A DNA stretch of 63,969 bases, counting the filler, from Thelocarpon superellum (lineage: Eukaryota): the NCBI GenBank assembly GCA_026025795.1. It is 14 parts of 14 records of this genome, joined end to end, with 100 filler letters (N's around TTAATTAATTAA, not from the genome) between each part and the next. Parts side by side here need not be neighbours in the genome. Positions count along the whole stretch, not along the records: positions 1 to 4,747 come from JAPEUG010000734.1; positions 4,848 to 9,550 come from JAPEUG010000735.1; positions 9,651 to 14,325 come from JAPEUG010000736.1; 11 more parts are not named here. One strand, 5' to 3'. Both the position numbers and the translations under genes were made by a program. Shown piece by piece: positions 1 to 13,375 of this stretch. The stretch's first letter is position 1, and every line of letters begins with the position of its first letter. The notes under the pieces were generated by a model that searched no databases, was not told where the DNA came from, and was given only the letters and a program-made list of their open reading frames with translations.

Positions 1-1617
1 CAGACATTGCGGGAGAGCATCGTCTTGGTGGCGGTGGGGTGGGTGACGTCGACTTGCACCTGGACGTCGTGGAACTTTGGTGTTTGTCTCGGTCCGTGTC
101 ACGCTATCGCGATGCTATCGCCATTCAAGCATGTTCGCTCCAGGTCACGTGGATCTGCCACGGCCGGGCCCCGCTAGTCGCGCCGTCACGCGTGTTGCGA
201 CGGCGGTTTCCAGACGAGACTTGGAGTTCTTCCAGCCATTGTTCTTCCAGCCATTGGTGCCTCGTGATACCTCATCAGGCCATGAATTGGAAGCTTAGGA
301 TAGGCCTCCTTGCCATTGGCGTGTCCGGCAATGCACGCCGTCTGGCAAAGTGCTAGGCGGAGCGCGTTGACACGGACTATGGACAGATCCCGACGCGTCG
401 GCGAGGCTGGCGTCCAGAGTAAGATGATGACGGGGTAAATAAGGTAGTTAGATCGGCACATCACCTCATCATCATCAGAAATTTTCGTCGTTGGCACGTC
501 CATGACTTACCCCACAGAAGCACATACCGCCGAGGCATAAGGCGGTGTCGAGGGCGCGAGGCTCCAAGTGCCAGCGTCATGTCCGATGCCCGCGACGAAT
601 GATCTAATCGGTCATAGGGCCCATCACGGGTCTGTCCACGATGCCAAGCGAGATTGCTTCGGTGCGGTAGGCTGAGCCGTAGCTTGGGCGCACTGGGGGA
701 GCAACTCGACGCTCGCCACGGACGACTCGGACCGTGGCTAGCCCTGGCGCCAGTCGCCGTGCTGGTCGCCCAGTGCGAGCAGCGTGGCCCAGGGAAACTG
801 CACGGTTGTGCTCGCCCGGGCCACCGGAGCCAATCCGGGAGCCGGGGCCCTGAGGTAATCTCCCTGCCTGCGCGACGGCCTTAGCTCAGGTACCAGTCGC
901 CCATCCCTCGCTCCCATTGGCTGTGCCGCCTTAGTGGCGGTCCTATGCCGTCTCTGCAATTTCCGACGTTTGGTTTCTTTGGTGATACCGGCCCAAACAA
1001 CCGGGTCTGAACCCGGTCCCAACTGGGTCCAGCCGCACTGACTGCCTCTTTGCGTGTGGGGGAGGCCATGGGTCCCAAGCCGCGATCAGCCTGGGCCGCT
1101 GCTGGCCCCAATCGCTCCCCCCCGGGGTCCTGCGCACGCCTCGGATCCTCGGGGGAAGAGGGAGACGGGTGGAGGAGATAGTCAGTGTGGCCGGCGGGTT
1201 CGTAGCGCCATGAGAGCCACGCTGCACCGCCCACTGGCGGCATCGCCCATCACCATGTGGCCGCTCTACTCACTCTCCTTTTCCCTCTTCCTCGCTCTCT
1301 CTTTCACTTCCGATTGCAATCTCGCCTTACTCTCTCGCGCGTCTGTCTCTCCGACCACAGTCATTCCTTTTCGTGATTACTTCGTCCATTGTCTGGAGCT
1401 GCTTCACCCATCGCTCTCTCTCGCATCCTCGTGATCGCGCTACGTTCCTTCAGACGCCCCTCGTACACACCGCACGTATCGTCGCGCGCACACGACATCG
1501 GACGCGCCCTCGAGCGCCGTTGGCCCGCACCACGGAGACACGCCCGCGGGGCTGGTCTAGACGGGCTCGCGACGGATTTTGGGAGGACTGGGTCTTACGT
1601 CGGCAACACCTCACATC

Positions 1618-3143
1618 ATGAAGTGGTCCGAATTTGCGACGGTGGTGGCGACGGCGCCGCTGCTCTTCTCGGGAGCGTGGGTGGAGGCCAAGCACGGCGA
1701 TGCACATTTGGGCTCGGCGGCACGAAGGCATCAACATCACCGACGCTTACATGCCTCGCATGCGGAGGATTCTGGGCCGGAGGTGGAGTTGGCGCCGGTG
1801 GAGAAGCGGGATGGACAGTGTCAGTTTCCCACCAACGCCGGACTGGTCGCCGTCACACCCGATCAGCAAAACGCCGGCTGGGCCATGAGCCCCAATCAGC
1901 CCTGTGAACCTGGCCACTACTGCCCCTACGCCTGCCCATCGGGCCAGCTGATGGCGCAATGGGATCCGGAAGCGACGTCATATACTTATCCGTTGTCCAT
2001 GGTACGTGGTCCCGCGCGCGACCGTGCCCGCGGCGACCGAGTGACGTTACTGATGGTGTGACACACAGAACGGTGGACTCTATTGCAACAACGACGGCAG
2101 CATCTCCAAGCCCTTCCCCAACAAGCCTTACTGCGTGCCAGGCACCGGCTCGGTGGGATGTCAGAACGAAGTGGGCGAGGTGGTCGCCATGTGCCAGACG
2201 GTGCTCCCGGGCAACGAAGCCATGCTCATTCCCACCGGCGTCGACAGCTGGACGCAACTGGCGGTGCCAGATCCAAGTTACTGGGCGAGTACCGCGGCAC
2301 AGTATGTCACCCGACCTGCGGCGGCCTCATCTTTCCGATGACTGATCTCATCACAGTTACTACGTCAATCCTCCAGGCGTCGGGACGGAGACGGCGTGCG
2401 TGTGGGGCACAAATCAGAATCCCTATGGCAATTGGAGCCCGTACGTGGCCGGCGCGAATGCCGACGCGACCGGCCAAACGTTTGTCAAGATTGGCTGGAA
2501 TCCCGTCTACCTGCAGCCGGACACGCCCTTCCGCAACGTGATGCCTAGTTGGGGCGTGAAGATTGAATGCAACGGCGGTGGATGCAACGGCCTTCCCTGT
2601 GCCATCGACCCGTCGATCCACACCGTGAATGAGTGCTCGGGGGACACGGCCACGGGCGCCGGCGGCGGCGCGTTTTGCGTGGTGACGGTGCCCAAGGGGT
2701 CGACGGCCAATGTCGTCGTCTTCGGACAAGGTGGCGGCAACAGCTCGAGTTCGTCCAGCAGCTCGTCCAGCTCGTCGTCCAGCTCGTCATCGAGCTCAAG
2801 CAGCAGCTCGTTGACGAGCTCGACCTCATCGACGTCCAGCTCGTCGAGCTCGACGTCCTCGTCATCCTCGAGCACTAGCACGACGAGCTCGACCCCCACG
2901 ACGACCAGCACCACGACCCAGGCGTCGGTGTACCCGCTCGCGTCGGTGTACCACGAACAGCCGCACGAGCTGGTGGCCATCAACAATGCCTCGTCATACG
3001 TCACCCCCACCATCACGCCGCAGGCCTCGTCCCCGACGACCGCGGCGCCCTCATCGACCAAGACCAGCGGCAGCTCATCGCTCGCCGTGGCGACGATGAG
3101 TCTTTGGCTGACCGCGTTGGCGATGGCGGCCACGACATTGTAA
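1618..3143 (+). CDS. SUN-family (GH132-like, Adg3-type) secreted beta-glucosidase/glucanase with Ser/Thr-rich tail and probable GPI signal; 3 exons (1618-2001, 2069-2301, 2357-3143)
   Basis: Signal peptide MKWSEFATVVATAPLLFSGAWVEA; SUN motifs CQFP..GWAMSP..C.PG.YCPYAC, NGGLYC, HYYVNPPG, GNWSPYVAGAN; two GT..AG introns restore the frame; hydrophobic C-terminus. Confidence 0.9.
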
Positions 3144-4112
3144 CCGCGTCTGTTTCGGCATCTCTGGTTGCACCATCTCGATCTCGACGCATTTCCACGG
3201 CCCCATTACCTAGCACGCGATACTCCTATTTTCTAATGGACTGGATCTCCACGCTGAAGATCTTCTTCCGTTGAGGCCGGATCTCTTCGTCAATATACCC
3301 TCTCTCCACGCATCCTCTTCCCCATGTATACCTCTTCTCCCGTCGTCTTCGTCATGCGTGCGCCGGATCTCTTTGTCCACGTGACGGCTAAGCACTGAGC
3401 CCGTTGATCTTTCGTCTCTGCCCGCCGGAAGCCTGGGACATCCCTGAATGGGACGCATGAGAATGACCAGGGAACATCTCGACCCGGGACGACGGGTCAG
3501 GACTGATGGTGATGGATGGTGGGATTCTCTTTTGATTTCTGCATCTTGGATGGCATCTTGGATGGAAGCGACGTCAGCTCCCGAGCGGAGGCGGATGTAA
3601 TGTATTTAGGCGGCCGGGTACGGGCACGGGCACAGTCACCGTGACGGCGACAGTGACGGTGACGATGGTGTGGACAGTGAAAGGATAGTGATAGTGAAGG
3701 GTGAAATACTCTCTCGCATCAGAAACATAATCATCTGAACAAGCCAAAGGACGCGTGGTGTGACCCAACGAGCCGATGGACTGTATTGGTCTGGAGGGCT
3801 AACGTTCCTCTAGAGGAGTAGAGCGAGGGGCGGTGGACCGTGCACGTCTTGAAGCAAACACAACATGAGACATCCGACGATGAAGTCGAAACGTCGCTTA
3901 CACCGGAGCCTAAACTTGCCCCATCCACCGCCATCCGCCACGCTACTCGTCCTCGTCCTTGTCCTCGCATGAGGATCTTCTCCTTACGCAGGTGACACGC
4001 AGGTGGATCACCATCGTCGATCTGCCGCTCTCTCAGAACTTCCAGCACGCACCCACTCAGTCAGTCACGGACAACCCACGTCCTGTGCACCACCACCACC
4101 ATCACCACGACC

Positions 4113-4747
4113 ATGGCCCCACCCGCCCACACCAAACCTGCATCCACCCCCGCCTCCACCTCGACCGACACGACCTCCTTCCGCCGAACATGGGACCGCG
4201 ACGAGTACGCCGCAAAGGCCGCCGCGCGCGAAACGAAAGAGCGGGCCGAGGGCGCGGCACGCTACGAGGCCAAGTGTGCCGGCAAGAAATACTACGGCCC
4301 GCCGTCCTCTTCCTCCGGCGACAATGCGCTGGTCGAGGCGCGCCGCGCCCGGCTGGACGTGGCGGCGCAAGTGGGCAAAGTGCAGATGCTGACGGGGGCG
4401 ATGGCGAGCGTGACGGGGAAGCGCGGGCGCGGGGCCGGCTTCTACTGCGAGGCGTGCGACCTGACGTTCAAGGACAACCTGCAGTGGGTGGAGCATCTGA
4501 ATTCGCGGCAGCATGCGTTGAATACGGGGATGAGCGGCGAGGTGAAGAGGGCGGGCGTGGAGGAGGTCAGGGCGAGACTGGCCTGGTTGAAGGAACAGAG
4601 GGATGAAGAGGATCGGAGGAGGAGGGAGGGCGAGGTGGGCCTGCAGGAGCGGTTGAGGGGGAGAGAGGAACAGGATGAGGCCGAGCGCGAGGAGAAGAGG
4701 AGGAAGAGGAGGGAGACGAGGCGCAGGAAGGCCGAGGGGGGTGCTGG
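4113..4747 (+). CDS. snu23: U4/U6.U5 tri-snRNP zinc finger protein Snu23/ZMAT2 (3' truncated by contig end)
   Basis: FRRTWDRDEY motif, GFYCEACDLTFKDNLQWVEHLNSRQH matrin-type zinc finger, charged C-terminus. Confidence 0.92.
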
Positions 4748-4847
4748 NNNNNNNNNNNNNNNNNNNNNNNNNNNNNNNNNNNNNNNNNNNNTTAATTAAT
4801 TAANNNNNNNNNNNNNNNNNNNNNNNNNNNNNNNNNNNNNNNNNNNN
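4748..4847. other. Artificial contig linker N44-TTAATTAATTAA-N44 (first of 13; others at 9551, 14326, 19079, 23823, 28543, 33263, 37957, 42649, 47309, 51932, 56548, 61081, each 100 nt)
   Basis: Identical 100-nt spacer with stop codons in all six frames, repeated every ~4.5-4.8 kb. Confidence 0.99.
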
Positions 4848-5991
4848 GGTGGATTAGAAGATCTGATCGAGCACGCATCTCTCATTTCGTATGCTCGTCA
4901 CAGTAACGTATCCCCACCCGTCTTCGGGAGCCTTACATCCAAGGGCCTCGGCAAGGCGACGACGCTCCCGCCCGTCTCGTTCTCTCTCGGCAGCAGGCTC
5001 GTACTCGCACGGGCGCGGAAGAAGTATGGCGACTAACTTGTGGACCAATCTGACTACCGAAGCCGAGGACTCACAAGCTTTCGGCACTCCAATCATGGGC
5101 CGTGCTATCGCTGCAGACCAGGGGGCGCCCTGCACCTGCACCTGCACCTGCAGGCTCGCTGCCGCTATCGATAGCGGAGGAGGACTCCCGGTTATCGCTC
5201 TCCTCTCTTTGCTCTGCTACACTCGGCGCCAGCCAGCGATCCCTACAAGTATTTCTAGTCCTGACAGTGTGAGGGTCTCGGTAGAGCTGCATCCTGCGCA
5301 AGGGTCCAGTCGGTCGTCCCATCCACCCCCCTCTTGATCCGACCACGCGGAGTCCAGCGCGTCGTGCCTCTCCTAGTCCGTCCTGTCCGGGCTGCGTCCA
5401 CGTCGTTCGTGGCTCTCCTAGTCGGTCCAGCTGTATCCGCCTTATGGTCCCGCTCCTAGTCTGTCCAGGCCCGGTCCAGGCCTGGTGATCCGTCCGATTC
5501 GACCTCCCCGACGTGTTTCCCATCTCGTAAGCAGACTGGCTGAGCTGCCCGTGGCGTGCCAGAAGAAATCTGTAGAAGCAACTCCCGATTACTTTAGGCA
5601 GTCGGATTGGTCGGAATTCCCTACGCCCGACCTCACCGTATGATCATCCCGCATCGTCTGCACGTGTACGACGACGTCGTGCCACGATTTGCAGGCGAGG
5701 TTCGATGAGGACGGGCGCGGGAAGGGTGGGGTCAGATCGTGACGTGGACGGGTTGATGCGGGCACTCCAGCGCCAAGTAGGATTGGCACTGCAGCTCTGA
5801 CTGCCTGTCCAGGCAAACCCGTCACCACCTTCCTCTCGTCCACCCGTCACCGTGCATTGCTTTTTCTCCCGCCTGCTATATGACCCTGATCGTGCGACCC
5901 CTCCACTCCTCCAGCCTCCAGCTCTCTGTAAAGTTCCCGCATCTGCCCCTTCCTCCGTGGGACCGACGCGTCAAGTCCATTCAGCCCCATC

Positions 5992-7731
5992 ATGGATACG
6001 CCGGCGGCACAGATTGCCGTCAACACCCACGCCCATCGTGAGACGGACGTGCCTCGTGAGCGCCGCTTCTCGACCATCAAGAGCCCGAGCGACAAGGGTG
6101 AGCCCCCCGTGACGGGATAGTGGACCATGCATTCCATTGATGTCTGACACCCGTCGACAGAAAACAGCTCTCAAGTCCATCGTCAGTTCCGGAACGCCCA
6201 CGCCGGACATCGTGCCCATGCCGGACTAGACCCGACCCGAGCTTCGACGTATGATGACCGTCCACGACGTGCGGACCGAATGCTAATTCGGTCAGTGGCG
6301 TGGTCTGGACCACGGAGCGGGCCTACGAACATGGATTCCTCGACGATCCCTCCTCTTGGGCCAACCTGGGTCAAGGTGCGCCAGAGGTCGACGATGACAT
6401 CGTCGGCTGCTTCGAACGACCCAAGACCTTGAACATCGCCGTGGAGTCGCGCGAGTATGGACCGACGGCGGGCATCAAGCCGCTGCGTGAGGCCGTTGCT
6501 CATCTGTACAACGCCCATCATCGTCAAGGCAAGAAGAGCCAGTATACCTGGGAGAACGTTTGCATCGTACCGGGAGGACGAGCGGGATTGATTCGCATCG
6601 CCGCCGTCTTGAACAATGCCTACCTGGGATTCTTCATCCCTGACTACACGGCGTACAACGAGATGCTGAGTCTGTTCAAGAATGTGCGTGGGAGGGGTAT
6701 TCTAGACGGGGTCCGATCCTAACTCTTGGCAGTTCGTGCCCATTCCGTCGCCCCTGAGCCACAGCGACAAATATCACATCCACCCGGAGAAGATTGCCGA
6801 AGAGATTGCACGGGGCACGTCGGTCATCCTCACGTCGAACCCGCGGAACCCGACCGGCCAAGTCGTGGCCAATCCAGAGCTCAAAGAGATCCAAGACATC
6901 TGCCGGGACCGGGCCACGCTCATCATGGATGAGTTCTACGGGGGTTACAATTACACGAGTGACTGTGATGGCACCACGGTGTCTGCGGCGGAGAACATCG
7001 AGGACGTGGATGAAGACGGTAGGTGCCTGTTCCCCGTGGTAGACCGAGAGGCTCACGCTGTCAGACGTCATCCTCATCGACGGGCTGACCAAGCGCTTCC
7101 GCCTCCCCGGATGGCGCGTGGCGTGGATCGTCGGGCCGAAGGAGTTCATCAAGGCGATTGGATCCTGCGGGAGCTATTTGGACGGCGGCACGAACGTGCC
7201 CTTCCAAGAGGCGGCGATTCCCATGCTCGAGCCCAACAAGGTCATCAACGAGATGAAGGCCTTGCAGAAACACTTCAAAGGCAAACGGGACTATGTGCTC
7301 GACCGTCTGCAAGGGATGGGCTTCAAGTTTGAGTGTATCCCAGACTCGACCTTTTACATCTGGCTGGACCGTACGTGTTTCTACACGAGACCTCCGAGCG
7401 TTGTCCATGGACAGGTAGCTAACGAACGACGACTCCAGTGTCCTGTCTCCCCGACACCATCTCCGACGGGCTCAAGTTCTTCGAGGCCTGTCTCAAGGAG
7501 AAGGTGATTGTGGTGCCGGGGATCTTCTTTGATCTCAATCCGGCTCGACGCCGTGACCTGTTCGATTCCCCATGCCACCATTTCGTGCGCTTCTCCTACG
7601 GCCCGAAGATGGACGTGCTCAAGAAGGGTCTGGATGGGATTGAGCGTGTGCTGGCAAAGTACGTTATCCTCTTATACTGGCTGTTTTGGAAGTGGTCGGC
7701 GCTGACATGTGTGTCTAGGCATCGCGTCTGA
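5992..7731 (+). CDS. PLP-dependent class I/II aminotransferase (aspartate aminotransferase-like), multi-exon; start could lie further upstream
   Basis: Spliced motifs ANLGQGAPE, EYGPTAGIKPLR, TSNPRNPTG, IMDEFYGGY, IDGLTKRFRLPGWRVAW (PLP Lys), VVPGIFFDLNP; introns e.g. 6098-6160 and 6249-6295. Confidence 0.9.
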
Positions 7732-8451
7732 TGTATTGAGGGGATGGAAGACGGTTGACGGGCTAGATATTGCTATTACCAAAAATGAAGGAACGGATGA
7801 GTCAATGAACAGATGATAACGAGGAGTCCGACCGCTGTCATACTTCCTAGATATCGGTAGAGGGTGGCTTAGACATTACGGGTTGGACAAATGGATAGGG
7901 AGGTCGAGTGGGAGAAAGGTATCAGTCTACGAGGAGAGGCCAGGTCTACTCGGGGAGGATATGTGTTCGAGCAAACAACACAGGCGGGCTTTTGATTCGT
8001 CTGTCTGTCTGTCTGTCCGTCCCTCCCTCCCTCCCTCCCTCCATCCATCCCACCCCCACCCCTTCCTCCCCCGGCCCAAGTCATGCTGGCCCCCGCCGTC
8101 CTCCCCGATCCGCCGAGTCGTCGAGTCGATCCGGGGACGGATGGACGACCTGAAGACGGGTCCGTACTCGTCCCATCAAGCGCCGATCGTTGCCGACCGA
8201 CGCCGAGGTCCGTCGTCCGCCGTCTCCAGGCCGCCCACCCGCCCCCCCGTCCGTCGATGTCCCGGGGGACGAGGAGAAGAGAGGCCGCGAGACAAAGGAA
8301 AACCATAGCCAACCAACAAAAGAAAAAAGAAAAACATCAACGATAAAGAAAAGAAAAAAACAAAACAACAAACACCACACCGAAAGGAAAAACACCACGC
8401 CGCTAGGTGCCGAGAAGGGCGGACGAGTGGGCTCCCCACGTCCGTGCGAAG

Positions 8452-9190
8452 TCAGACACGCACGTACCGGGCGCCGTCCCACTCATCCGCCTTCTCGACA
8501 CCCAGCAGCCACCCAAGCCACCACCCCTGGGCGTGAGCCCACCGACACCGCCAGCACGGAGCAGCCAGCGATGCCGGCTCCGGAAACGGCAGCGACTGGT
8601 ACCCAGTCGCCCCGGGATCGACCTCGAACGTCGCCGGGAAGCTGCCGGTGTGGCGGCAGGCCCGGGCGGCGCGCTGGGAGGGACCGGCGATGGACGACTC
8701 CACCACCGTCAACTTCCCGGCGACGATCGAGACCGACGGGAGGAAGTGGGCTTGGGCCCGCGCCTCGAGGACGCGCGCCGGCGTCGCCTTGATGGCGACG
8801 AATTGGCCGCCCGAAGACGGCCCCGAGGCCGACCTAGAACCGGAGGAACAACCGACGTCAGCGATGATGCTCGTGAGGCCACGGGAGAGATGAGGGAGGA
8901 CAAGGGAGGGAAAGGGCAGATACTCACCGTCCACGACGGCCGGACACTCCAACAGCGGGCCCCTCAGGGCCACCAGCGGCCGCGGCCAGCGCCGCCGAAG
9001 CCGAGCGGACCCCGGACATCGAGGGCGCCAACCCCGATGCCGAGACCGCCGTCGAAGACGGCGCCACGGGGGATCCCATGGCCATGGGAGCCTCCCCACG
9101 GAGGCCTCCCACGCACATGGGGAGAATCCCCGGCCGAGACCGCTGGATCCTGAGGGGGGGGGGATGAGGAGCCCCAGAAGAAGCCGACAT
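8452..9190 (-). CDS. Orphan hypothetical protein, ~214 aa, 2 exons (9190-8928, 8833-8452)
   Basis: Canonical GTGAGT..GCTGAC..TAG intron (8834-8927) joins two open frames in phase; no recognisable domain. Confidence 0.45.
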
Positions 9191-10116
9191 TGTCGGCGGG
9201 AGGAGGAGGAGGAGAGAGGAGGAGAGAGGAGGAGGAGAGGCGGAAGAGAGGCGGAGGGAGGGCACCGGGGCCGCGAGAGGAGAGGGGGGGCACGGGGCCC
9301 GGCGCGAAAAGCGGGGGGCGACGAAAGCAGTGATGGTGGTGGTGGTGCGGCGAGGGCGGGCGGCACAGTTTTTGCTTCGTCTGGAGAAAGAAAAAGAGAA
9401 AGAGAAGCACGCGCAGGGCGGGCTCGGATTCGACCTACTTATACCCCTCCAGCCGCGGCCCCAGATCACCCACTGCGACGCGAGATCACCATCGCGCGCG
9501 GAACCCTCAAGGCGAAGGTGATCCAGTACGGGGCAGGAGCGGCGGAATTCNNNNNNNNNNNNNNNNNNNNNNNNNNNNNNNNNNNNNNNNNNNNTTAATT
9601 AATTAANNNNNNNNNNNNNNNNNNNNNNNNNNNNNNNNNNNNNNNNNNNNTGCGGATTGGAGGGTCCGCTGGAACTTGGCCCACGTCTCCCGCGGGTCGT
9701 TCGACATTTTGGCACACGGGAGCCGGGGCGACCACCAGCGACTTCAGGATCGTGCGAGCGTCAGGTGGACGCTGCTCGAGAGAGAAGCTGCAAAGATGGC
9801 TCTCGATTGAACACGGGCGACCGTGGATGGACTGATGTAACGACTCACAAGCCTTCGGTGAAAAGCGACAATGAAGTCTTAGCTCATGACAGTCATCCGA
9901 GTTTCCACCAATCGGAGTTCCCTGCCCTTGCCACCACCCAACTTTTTGGCGAATCAAACGCGGCTGTTCCTCACCTATTCACGCTCTCTTTAGAAGCTGT
10001 GTGAGGGAGACAGTCACCATCTCCTTGTCGCGCGCCATCTTTGTCCCCGCAGCATGTTCATCATCGCACGTATGGTCAAGAGATAGTGCAAAGAGCTTTG
10101 CTCAACATCGTTGAAG

Positions 10117-11085
10117 ATGGTGTCCGACAATAAGCAAGGCGGTCGTGTTGTCTTCGTGGGAAACATCCCGTACGGTAAGGCTCCCCGGAAACTCGAAACA
10201 CGTCGACCTGCCACTGACCTCCCTCCAGGCTTGACCGAGGAACAGATCGTCCATGTCTTCAGTCAGGCCGGTACGGTGGTAAACTTCCGCTTAGTCTACG
10301 ACCGAGAGACGGGCCGGCCTAAAGGCTTTGGCTTCGCGGAATACCAGGATGCCGACTCGGCCGCGTCCGCCGTCCGCAACCTGAATGACCACGATATCAT
10401 GGGCCGGAAGCTTCGTGTCGACTTTTCCAACGAGGGAGCAAGTGATGACTCGGCGCCCGCGGGCTACGTGCCTCAGCAACAGGGCCTGCCCGGGCCCCCG
10501 CCATCCTCTGGCGCGCTTCCGCCCCTACCACCCGGGGTGGACCTGCCCGCTGGCCTCACCTGCCCGGACGCCATCTCACGCACCCTCTCCACGCTCCCGC
10601 CCGCCCAACTCTTGGATATCCTCTCGCAGATCAAGGGCTATGTCTCCGCCGACCCCGCCAAGGCGACGGAGCTCCTGCGGCAAGCGCCCCAGCTGTCATA
10701 CGCCATCTTCCAAGCCTTACTCCTCATGGGCCTGGTCGACCCAAATGCGCTGCAGTCTGTGATTGAGCAGTCGGCAAGTCAAGCCATGCATCCGGGCCAG
10801 ATGCCACAGGGTCCCCCCCCATCGCAATTACCCTACCAACAATATCAGGTGCAAGGCGGACATGGTCAGGTGCCGACGCCTCCCACCCACGCCCAAGCCT
10901 ACGCTCCCCAACCCGCCGCGCCGCCCGCGTCGGCAACCGCCCCAGCCCCAGCAGGTTTGGACAAAGCCGCGCTCATTCAGCATGTCTTAAGTCTGACTCA
11001 GGACCAAATCAACGCCATGCCGCCCGGAGAGCGAGAGCAGCTTTTGTTGGTCCGCCAATCCATCATCGCTGGCACTCTCCGGTAA
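10117..11085 (+). CDS. rna15: Cleavage stimulation factor CstF-64/Rna15 (RRM + hinge + C-terminal domain); 54-nt in-frame intron 10175-10228
   Basis: RVVFVGNIPYG, RLVYDRETGRPKGFGFAEY RRM; hinge DAISRTLSTLPPAQLLDILSQ; C-terminal LIQHVLSLTQDQINAMPP. Confidence 0.95.
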   Translation: MVSDNKQGGRVVFVGNIPYGKAPRKLETRRPATDLPPGLTEEQIVHVFSQAGTVVNFRLVYDRETGRPKGFGFAEYQDADSAASAVRNLNDHDIMGRKLRVDFSNEGASDDSAPAGYVPQQQGLPGPPPSSGALPPLPPGVDLPAGLTCPDAISRTLSTLPPAQLLDILSQIKGYVSADPAKATELLRQAPQLSYAIFQALLLMGLVDPNALQSVIEQSASQAMHPGQMPQGPPPSQLPYQQYQVQGGHGQVPTPPTHAQAYAPQPAAPPASATAPAPAGLDKAALIQHVLSLTQDQINAMPPGEREQLLLVRQSIIAGTLR

Positions 11086-11619
11086 TGAGCTTGTTCCGAG
11101 GGGATTTCCTCCTCCGCTCGCAGGCGGTGACATCAGCTCTGCAAGGCGTTCTGAGGGGTTGAACAAGCTGGCGTATCACATCAACTAGTTCAGTCTAGGG
11201 TTGTCGGTGGAAATATGCAAGCACAGTCAGCCTTACGCCCACGGTCCACCTCTGACCTGGACTGTTCGCATTGAAGCAAGGGCCATGCTGCAGATCCGGG
11301 AGTTGCTGACTCATCATCATCGCTCCGAGCTCCTCACGTCGAGCTCCTCACTCGACTGTCGATAAGTCCAAGCTCAGGTACGGAAAGGTAAAACGTAGGC
11401 GCTTGACCATTTGATCGCTTCCCCGCTCTGCCTCGTAATTAGCCCGGCTTAGCTCTTACATCGGTCGGATTGACGTGCCTGTGGTGTGCATTAAACACCT
11501 CGTGACACGGGCACGTCGACGAGATGACGACAATTTCAATGCCCAGAATCTGATCTGCTTCTCAACGCCTTTCACCCGTACCTTGACCGACATTCCGACT
11601 GTTTCTGCTCAGCGACGCG

Positions 11620-12901
11620 ATGTCGACGTTCACTGGCGTCATTCCCCGCGAAGGTTGGCTGGAGCCCCACTTCACGCAGGGTCTCCAGACTAATCGATAG
11701 ATCAGGTCTTACGGCCGACGTCCTTCTCTGGTTGATCAAGTCCACCGCGTTGAACCCGATTATCACCTTACCCCTCCTGCTTCTGTCAAGATACACTCAC
11801 CGCGGACAAGCCTTGGCGCTGTCTTCGGGCCTGACCTTTGACCGTCTCAAACCCTTGCTATGCTGTGGTCTCGCCAGATGGGCCAACAACCTCTTGAATT
11901 ACGCCGTGCTCAACAACTGGCGGCAAGACGAATACCACTGGGACAAAGAGATTGTTCTCATTACTGGCGGGAGCGACGGCATTGGCAAAGTAGTGGTGCA
12001 GCTCCTCGCCCAACGAGGAGTCAAGGTCGCTGTGCTCGACGTTCAGCCCTTGACCTTTGAAGCTCGTACGAACCTTGATCCCACATGCCCTTCCTGGAAC
12101 TGACAGCGGTGAAGCGTCCAACGTCCACTTCTACCGATGTGATGTTCGATCCACCACGTCCATTGCCAAGGCGGCCCAGTACATCCGTGCCGACCTGGGC
12201 CACCCGACGGTGCTGTAAGCAGACCGATCCCTCTTATCACGCATGCCGAGGTCTGACAGTCATTCAGCATCAACAACGCTGGCGTGGGTCGAGGAAAGAC
12301 CATCCTCGATGGCGCCGAGACCGATGTGCGACTGACCTTTGACATTAACACCCTCTCCCATTATTGGACGGTGAAGGAGTTTCTTCCGGACATGATTGCC
12401 AACAACCACGGCATGGTCGTCACCATCGCCTCGGTCGCGTCATATGTTGCTGCGCCCCAGATGGTGGATTATTCAGCGTCCAAAGCGGCCGCATTGAGCT
12501 TCCACGAAGGTTTGACATCCGAACTGACCACGCGATACAACGCGCCGAAAGTGCGGACGGTCGTAATCAATCCCGTAAGTCACGCAGACGAGATGATCAC
12601 ATAACTTACGTCCGCACCCTACTCACCATTCTGATAGGGACATGTCAAGACCAAGCTCTTTGCAGGATTCGACCAAGGGTCTCCCATGATCTACCCCAGT
12701 CTAGAGGTAGAAACCATTGCCGAAGCCATCGTGAACAAGGTCTTGAGTGGCACAAGCGGACAAGTCGTCCTTCCGGTCATGTCTAACATTGTAAGCGCGC
12801 TGAGATGTTGGCCCCATTGGCTGCAGATACAAATCCGCGGTAACGCTCATAAGATGATGCTCCATTGGAACGGGCGTCAAGTCGAGCAGCTGAACAAATG
12901 A
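11620..12901 (+). CDS. Short-chain dehydrogenase/reductase (retinol dehydrogenase/Tda5-like), multi-exon
   Basis: LITGGSDGIG, INNAG, VTIAS, catalytic YSASK; introns join the exons in frame. Confidence 0.9.
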
Positions 12902-13375
12902 CGTGAATCATCTCTACCTGTCATGATGCCTCTGACTGCCCGTCGTGTGTCTCCATCGTGCCTCTTCTGACTCAATGTTTGACTCGGACTGGAGCGGCGC
13001 CGTCACAGTTGATGTCTCGCTCTTCAAATTACGACGAGATGACGCGACTCACGTGGGACCGCACTTCATCAACCCTGTCCGTTCCTCCGCCTGTAATCCT
13101 AAAGTCCACGGATTATTCACTATATCACAAGCGATCTATTAAAGTTGACCTCGATCCCATGCTATTTGATTCCGATCGATTCTAGCCTGCTAGGTTTACT
13201 GTCGCCTGCCCACCAAGGGCTTTTGTGACTTGCAAATCTGTAAGAAGCACGCAAACGACAAGCAATTCTTCCGCCTCCTTCTGCAGAACAGATTCTGACC
13301 TCTCGTGCCATGGAGTTGCCAGATCGGCTACGCGTCACTTGACAGTCCAACCTTACAGTAACGTGCAGACCCGGC

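Noticed and set aside
1255..1434. Hydrophobic uORF-like peptide upstream of the SUN gene
   Set aside because: Explained by a CT-rich promoter/leader tract that translates as Leu/Ser/Phe
4792..4803. Regularly spaced TTAATTAATTAA as a CRISPR-like or biological repeat
   Set aside because: Synthetic six-frame stop linker flanked by Ns
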